Assembly: GCA_009914755.4 (NCBI GenBank)
Contig: CP068257.2
Span: 20,832,001-20,896,000 of the forward strand
Length of the DNA stretch: 64,000 nucleotides
Direction: 5' to 3'
Origin: the human T2T-CHM13v2.0 reference genome, Homo sapiens
Positions within the stretch are counted from its first letter, which is position 1, and every line of letters begins with the position of its first letter. Shown one piece after another: positions 59,780 to 64,000 of the stretch. Position numbers and translations under genes: made by a program. A model generated the notes under the pieces. It was not told the origin of the DNA, ran no database searches, and saw only the letters and a program-made list of their open reading frames with translations.

Positions 59780-62700
59780 TATTGGAAGAGCCAAGATGGC
59801 CAAGATGGAAGAGCCTCTCATACTCAGAGACCAGACCACTAAGAAGACCTGCACAGTCCAAGATCTTCAGAAGGAAGGCACTGAGAATATACAGCCCAGG
59901 GAAGATGCAGACCCTGGGCTAAGGGAGAGAAAGCTGGGAACGCTTCACAGGGTTATCTAGCACTACAACTGATTCCTGGCTAACAGCAGCTGTGAGAAAA
60001 GGGGTGAGTTACACAGGCATGTAGTTGCCACTCTAGCCAAGAACCTCCACAATCTTAGACGCAGGAGATCCCATGCACCCCATGGACATTTGGGCTGGCC
60101 GAGAGAGCTGCTTGGAGAGTTGGCTGGGACAGGACTCTATCCTGTGCAGGACCCAGAGGGTTTGACAAACAAACAGCTGCAGTGGAACATGTCCAGGGAT
60201 ATCCATTTCCTAGGCTCACAATGCTCCTGTAGGTGGCTTTGACCTTTGTTGACTATCTGGACAGAACAGGGCTACCTTTCCAGTGAGATGGGGCCAGTCT
60301 GATCTGGGTGTCCCCCTGTCTGCTTTTCTAAGGGTCATGCCTGGTCACACCTGCTTACAGCGCAGCCTCTGATGTCCAAGCAGGGCACTTCCCAGGGACC
60401 ACCACAATAGCGCCTTTGGTGGTAAACCTTGTGTAACTGTCAGAGAGCTTCTGCAGTCAGGCCTGTGCTGGCAAACACTGACCATAGCATCCCCCAAATG
60501 TTTTGTCAGAACAAGGGTGTGGACCTCACTGCAGCTGCCCTGCTGCTACCACTGCATGTGTGTGAGCATGAACCCCACTGCCATTGCTCCAACAAAGTTG
60601 TTTTGCTGGCACCCCCTATTGGAATGTTGTTGGCAGCAGATCGAGAACATCTTGACCCCTCCAGTGCAGCAGATTCTTAATGTCACAGGGCCAGGGAACA
60701 AAGCTTTGGGCCTGGTTCCAACTCCCCAGGGTCAGAACAGGCCATCCATGGGTGCTGAGCTGAGCCTTGGCTCCCTAGTATTGGCCAGAAGTGAAGCCAG
60801 TCAACACAATCCAACTTATACTGTAGTCAAAACCTCAAGGGTATCCATGAATATATACATATAAAAAAGCCCCATTCAAAGAACATCAACTACAAACACT
60901 AAAAGAACACTATTCCACAAAGATGAGAAAGAACCAGTGTAAGACCTCTGGCAACTCTAAAAGCTAGAATTTCTTCTTACTTCCAAATAACCACATTAAC
61001 TCCACAGAACTCTTTCCTTACCAGAATGAAATGTCTGGAAAGACAGACATAGAATTCAGAATCTGGATGACAACAAAGATCATCGAAATTCAGGAGAAGG
61101 TTGAAACCCAATCCAAGATATGTAAGAAATTCCATAAAATGATACAAGAGCTAAAAGATGAAATAGCCATTTGATGAAAGAAAGGAAAAAAAAATAGACC
61201 TGAGAGCTGAAAAACCCACTATAAGAATTTTATAATACAATCAGAAGTATTAGCAGCAGAATAGACAGACCAAGCTGAGGAAAGATTCTCAGAATTCAAA
61301 GACCTGTTCTTTGAATCAACTAAGTCAGACAAAAAGAAAGAAAAAAGAATGAACAAAACATCTGAGAAATATATGATTATGCAAAGAAACTAAACCTATG
61401 ACTCATTGGAGTCAAAGGAACTCACTGGAGTCAAAGGATCTAAACCTATGACTCATTGAAAGAGGGAGAGAGAGAACAAGCAACTTAGAAAACATATATT
61501 AAGATATCCTCTGTGAAAATTTCCCCAACCTTGCTAAAGAGATCCCCAGTGTGATACTACACAAGTCAAACCTTTTACAAGACTATGACTCAGCAGATTA
61601 TCCAAGGTCAACATGTTAAAAAAATATATTAAAGACAGTTGGAGAGTAGGGGCAGGTTATTTACAAATGGAACCCCATTAGGTTAACTACAGACCTTTCA
61701 GCAGAAACCCCAAAAGTCAACATCTTTAAATTAAAAAAAAAAAATTACCAAGAATTCCATATCTAGCCAAAGTAAGCTCTATAAGTGAATGAGAAATAAA
61801 ATTGTTTTCAGACAAACAAATGCTAAGGACGTTCATTACATTGGATTTTCTTTGTAAGAAGTTTTTAGGGGCATGCTAAAGTTGAAAACTAAAGACCCTT
61901 ACTGCCCACCACAAAACGCACTTAAGTACATAGACAATTGACATTATGAAGCCACTATGCAAACAAGTCTGCAAAACAACCAACTACCAGTGTGATGACA
62001 GGATCAAATACCCACATATAAACTGTAACCTTGAACATAGTAATAAATGGGCTAAACATACACTTTTAAAAGCAGAGAGGGTAAAGTTGGATAAAGAAGC
62101 AAAACCCAACCATATGCTGTCTTCATGATACCCATATCATACGCAAGAACGCACATCAGCTAAAAGTAAAGGGATAGAGAAAATTCTATCAAGCAAATGA
62201 AAAAAAAAACAGCAAAAAAAGGAGGGGCTGCCATTTTTATTTCAAACAAAATAGACTTTAAACCAACAATTATCAAAAAAGACAAAGAAGAACATTACAT
62301 AATGATAAAGCATTTAATTCCATAAGACTTAACTATACTAAATATAAGTGCACCCAACACTAGGACACCTAGATTCATTAAACAAGTTCTTAGAAATCTA
62401 GGAAGAGATCTAGATATCTAGGGAATTTAGATAACTACGCAGTAATAGTGGGAGACTTAAAACACACCACTGACAGTATTAGACAGATCACCAAGGCAGA
62501 AAATAAAAAAAAAGGATATTTGGTACCTAAACTAAACACTTGACCAAATGAACCTAATAGATAAATACAGAACACTGCACCCAACAACAAGATAATATAA
62601 ATTTTTCTCACCTGTACATGGCACATATGCTAAAATCAACCACACATTCAGCCACAAAGAAATTCTCAACAATTTTTTTAAACCTGGAAATCATAACAAC

Positions 62701-64000
62701 CATACTCTCAGACCACAACTAAATTAAAAACAAAAATCAATACTAAGAAGATCTCACAAAACCATACAATTACATGAAAATAAAACTTATCTGATTCTCA
62801 ATGACATTTGGGTAAAGAATGAAATTAAAGCAGAAATCAAGAAATTCTTTGAAACTAAAGAAAATGAAGGTACAACATATCAGAATCTCTGGGACTCAAC
62901 TCAGGCAGTGCTAAATGCCCACATCAAAAGTTAGAAAGATCTCAAATAACCAGCCTAACATCACACCTAAAGGAATGAGAAAACAAGAGCAAACCAACCT
63001 CAAGGCTAGCAGAACAAAATAACCAAAATCAGAATTGAGCTGAACAAAATTGACATTTGAAAAATCCAACAAGATATCAACTAAACCAAAAGTTGGTCAT
63101 TTGAAATAATAAAATTAACAGACCCTCAGCTAGACTAATAAAGAAAAAAAAAGAGAGAGAAATACAAATATTTTAGAAATGACAAAGGAGACATTTCCAC
63201 AGACCCCACAGAAATACAGGAAAAAAAAAAAACCTCTTTATGCACACAACCTAGAAAACCTAGAAGAAATGGATACATTTCTGCAACACTTCCCAGATTG
63301 AACCAGGAAGAAATTGAAACATGGAATTGACCAATAATGAGTTCCAAAATTGAATTAAAAATAAAAACCCTACAAACCAGAAAAAACCCTTGAACAGACA
63401 GATTCATAGCCAAATTCTACTGGACATATAAAGAACAGTTGGTGACAACACTATTGAAACTATTTCAAAAAATTTGAGGATGGACTCCTCCCTGACTTAT
63501 TATCTGAGTCCAGTGTCATTCTCATACCACCAACTGGCAGAGACCCAACAAAAAAATTAAAACTTCAGGTCAATATTCCTGATATTTCCCAACAATATAG
63601 TAGTCAATCAAATCAGTTGCACATCAAAGAGCCAATAGATTACAATCAAGTAGGTTTATTTCTGGGAGGTAGAGTTGGTTCAACATATGCAAATCAGTAC
63701 ATATGATTCATTACATAAACAGAACTAAAAAAATGATCATTTCAATAGATGCACAGAAGACTTTTGATAAAATTCAACATCCCTTCATGTTAAAAACTGT
63801 CAAAGCTAGGCATTGAAATAAAATGCCACAAAATAAGAAGAGCCATCTATAACAAACCAATAGCTAATGTCATACTGAATGAACAAAAGCAGAAAACATT
63901 CCCCTTGAGAACCAGAACAAGACAAGGATGCCCAATCTCTCTACTTCCATTCAACATAGTACTGGAAACCCAGCACAGTAAAGCAAGAGAAATATGTAGC
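59780..64000 (+). mobile_element. Older L1 (L1PB/L1MA-like) from its 5' UTR through ORF1 into ORF2, running off the end of the window; ORFs degenerate
   Basis: 'ggaagagccaagatggccaagatggaagagcc' L1-type 5' start; ORF1-like 'atgagaaagaaccagtgtaagacctctggcaactc...gaatgaaatgtctggaaagacagacatagaattcagaatctggatgacaacaaagatcatcgaaattcaggagaaggttgaaacccaatccaag'; ORF2 start 'gatgacaggatcaaatacccacatataaactgtaaccttgaacatagtaataaatgggctaaac' with EN/RT motifs to 64000 ('..gatgcacagaagacttttgataaaattcaacatcccttcatgttaaaaact..'). Confidence 0.7.

Overview
This window is primate genomic DNA (human or a close hominoid), not a prokaryotic locus. It carries about two dozen Alu SINEs, mostly with recognisable target-site duplications, and at least seven LINE-1 copies of different ages. 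Two of those L1 copies show the 5'-inversion structure produced by twin priming. It also holds a near-full-length Tigger1 DNA transposon whose transposase reading frame is decayed. Tigger1 sits inside a MaLR LTR and is itself interrupted by an Alu. Other repeats are further MaLR LTRs, a hAT-like MITE, microsatellites and poly(A) tracts. Roughly half of the 64 kb is recognisable interspersed repeat, and the rest is AT-rich unique sequence. I see no convincing cellular protein-coding exon, tRNA, rRNA or CRISPR array. Almost every ORF in the six-frame track falls inside an L1 ORF1/ORF2 remnant, the Tigger1 transposase or an Alu-derived stretch. I therefore found no candidate for a previously undescribed biological system. 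What the window does contain is transposon population biology: nested insertions, twin-primed L1s, a recent ~295-bp local duplication and an LTR truncated exactly at its own poly(A) site. All coordinates are from manual reading and are accurate to roughly ±5 bp for Alu ends and ±30 bp for old L1 and LTR ends. Family assignments come from memory of consensus sequences. They should be confirmed with RepeatMasker/Dfam.
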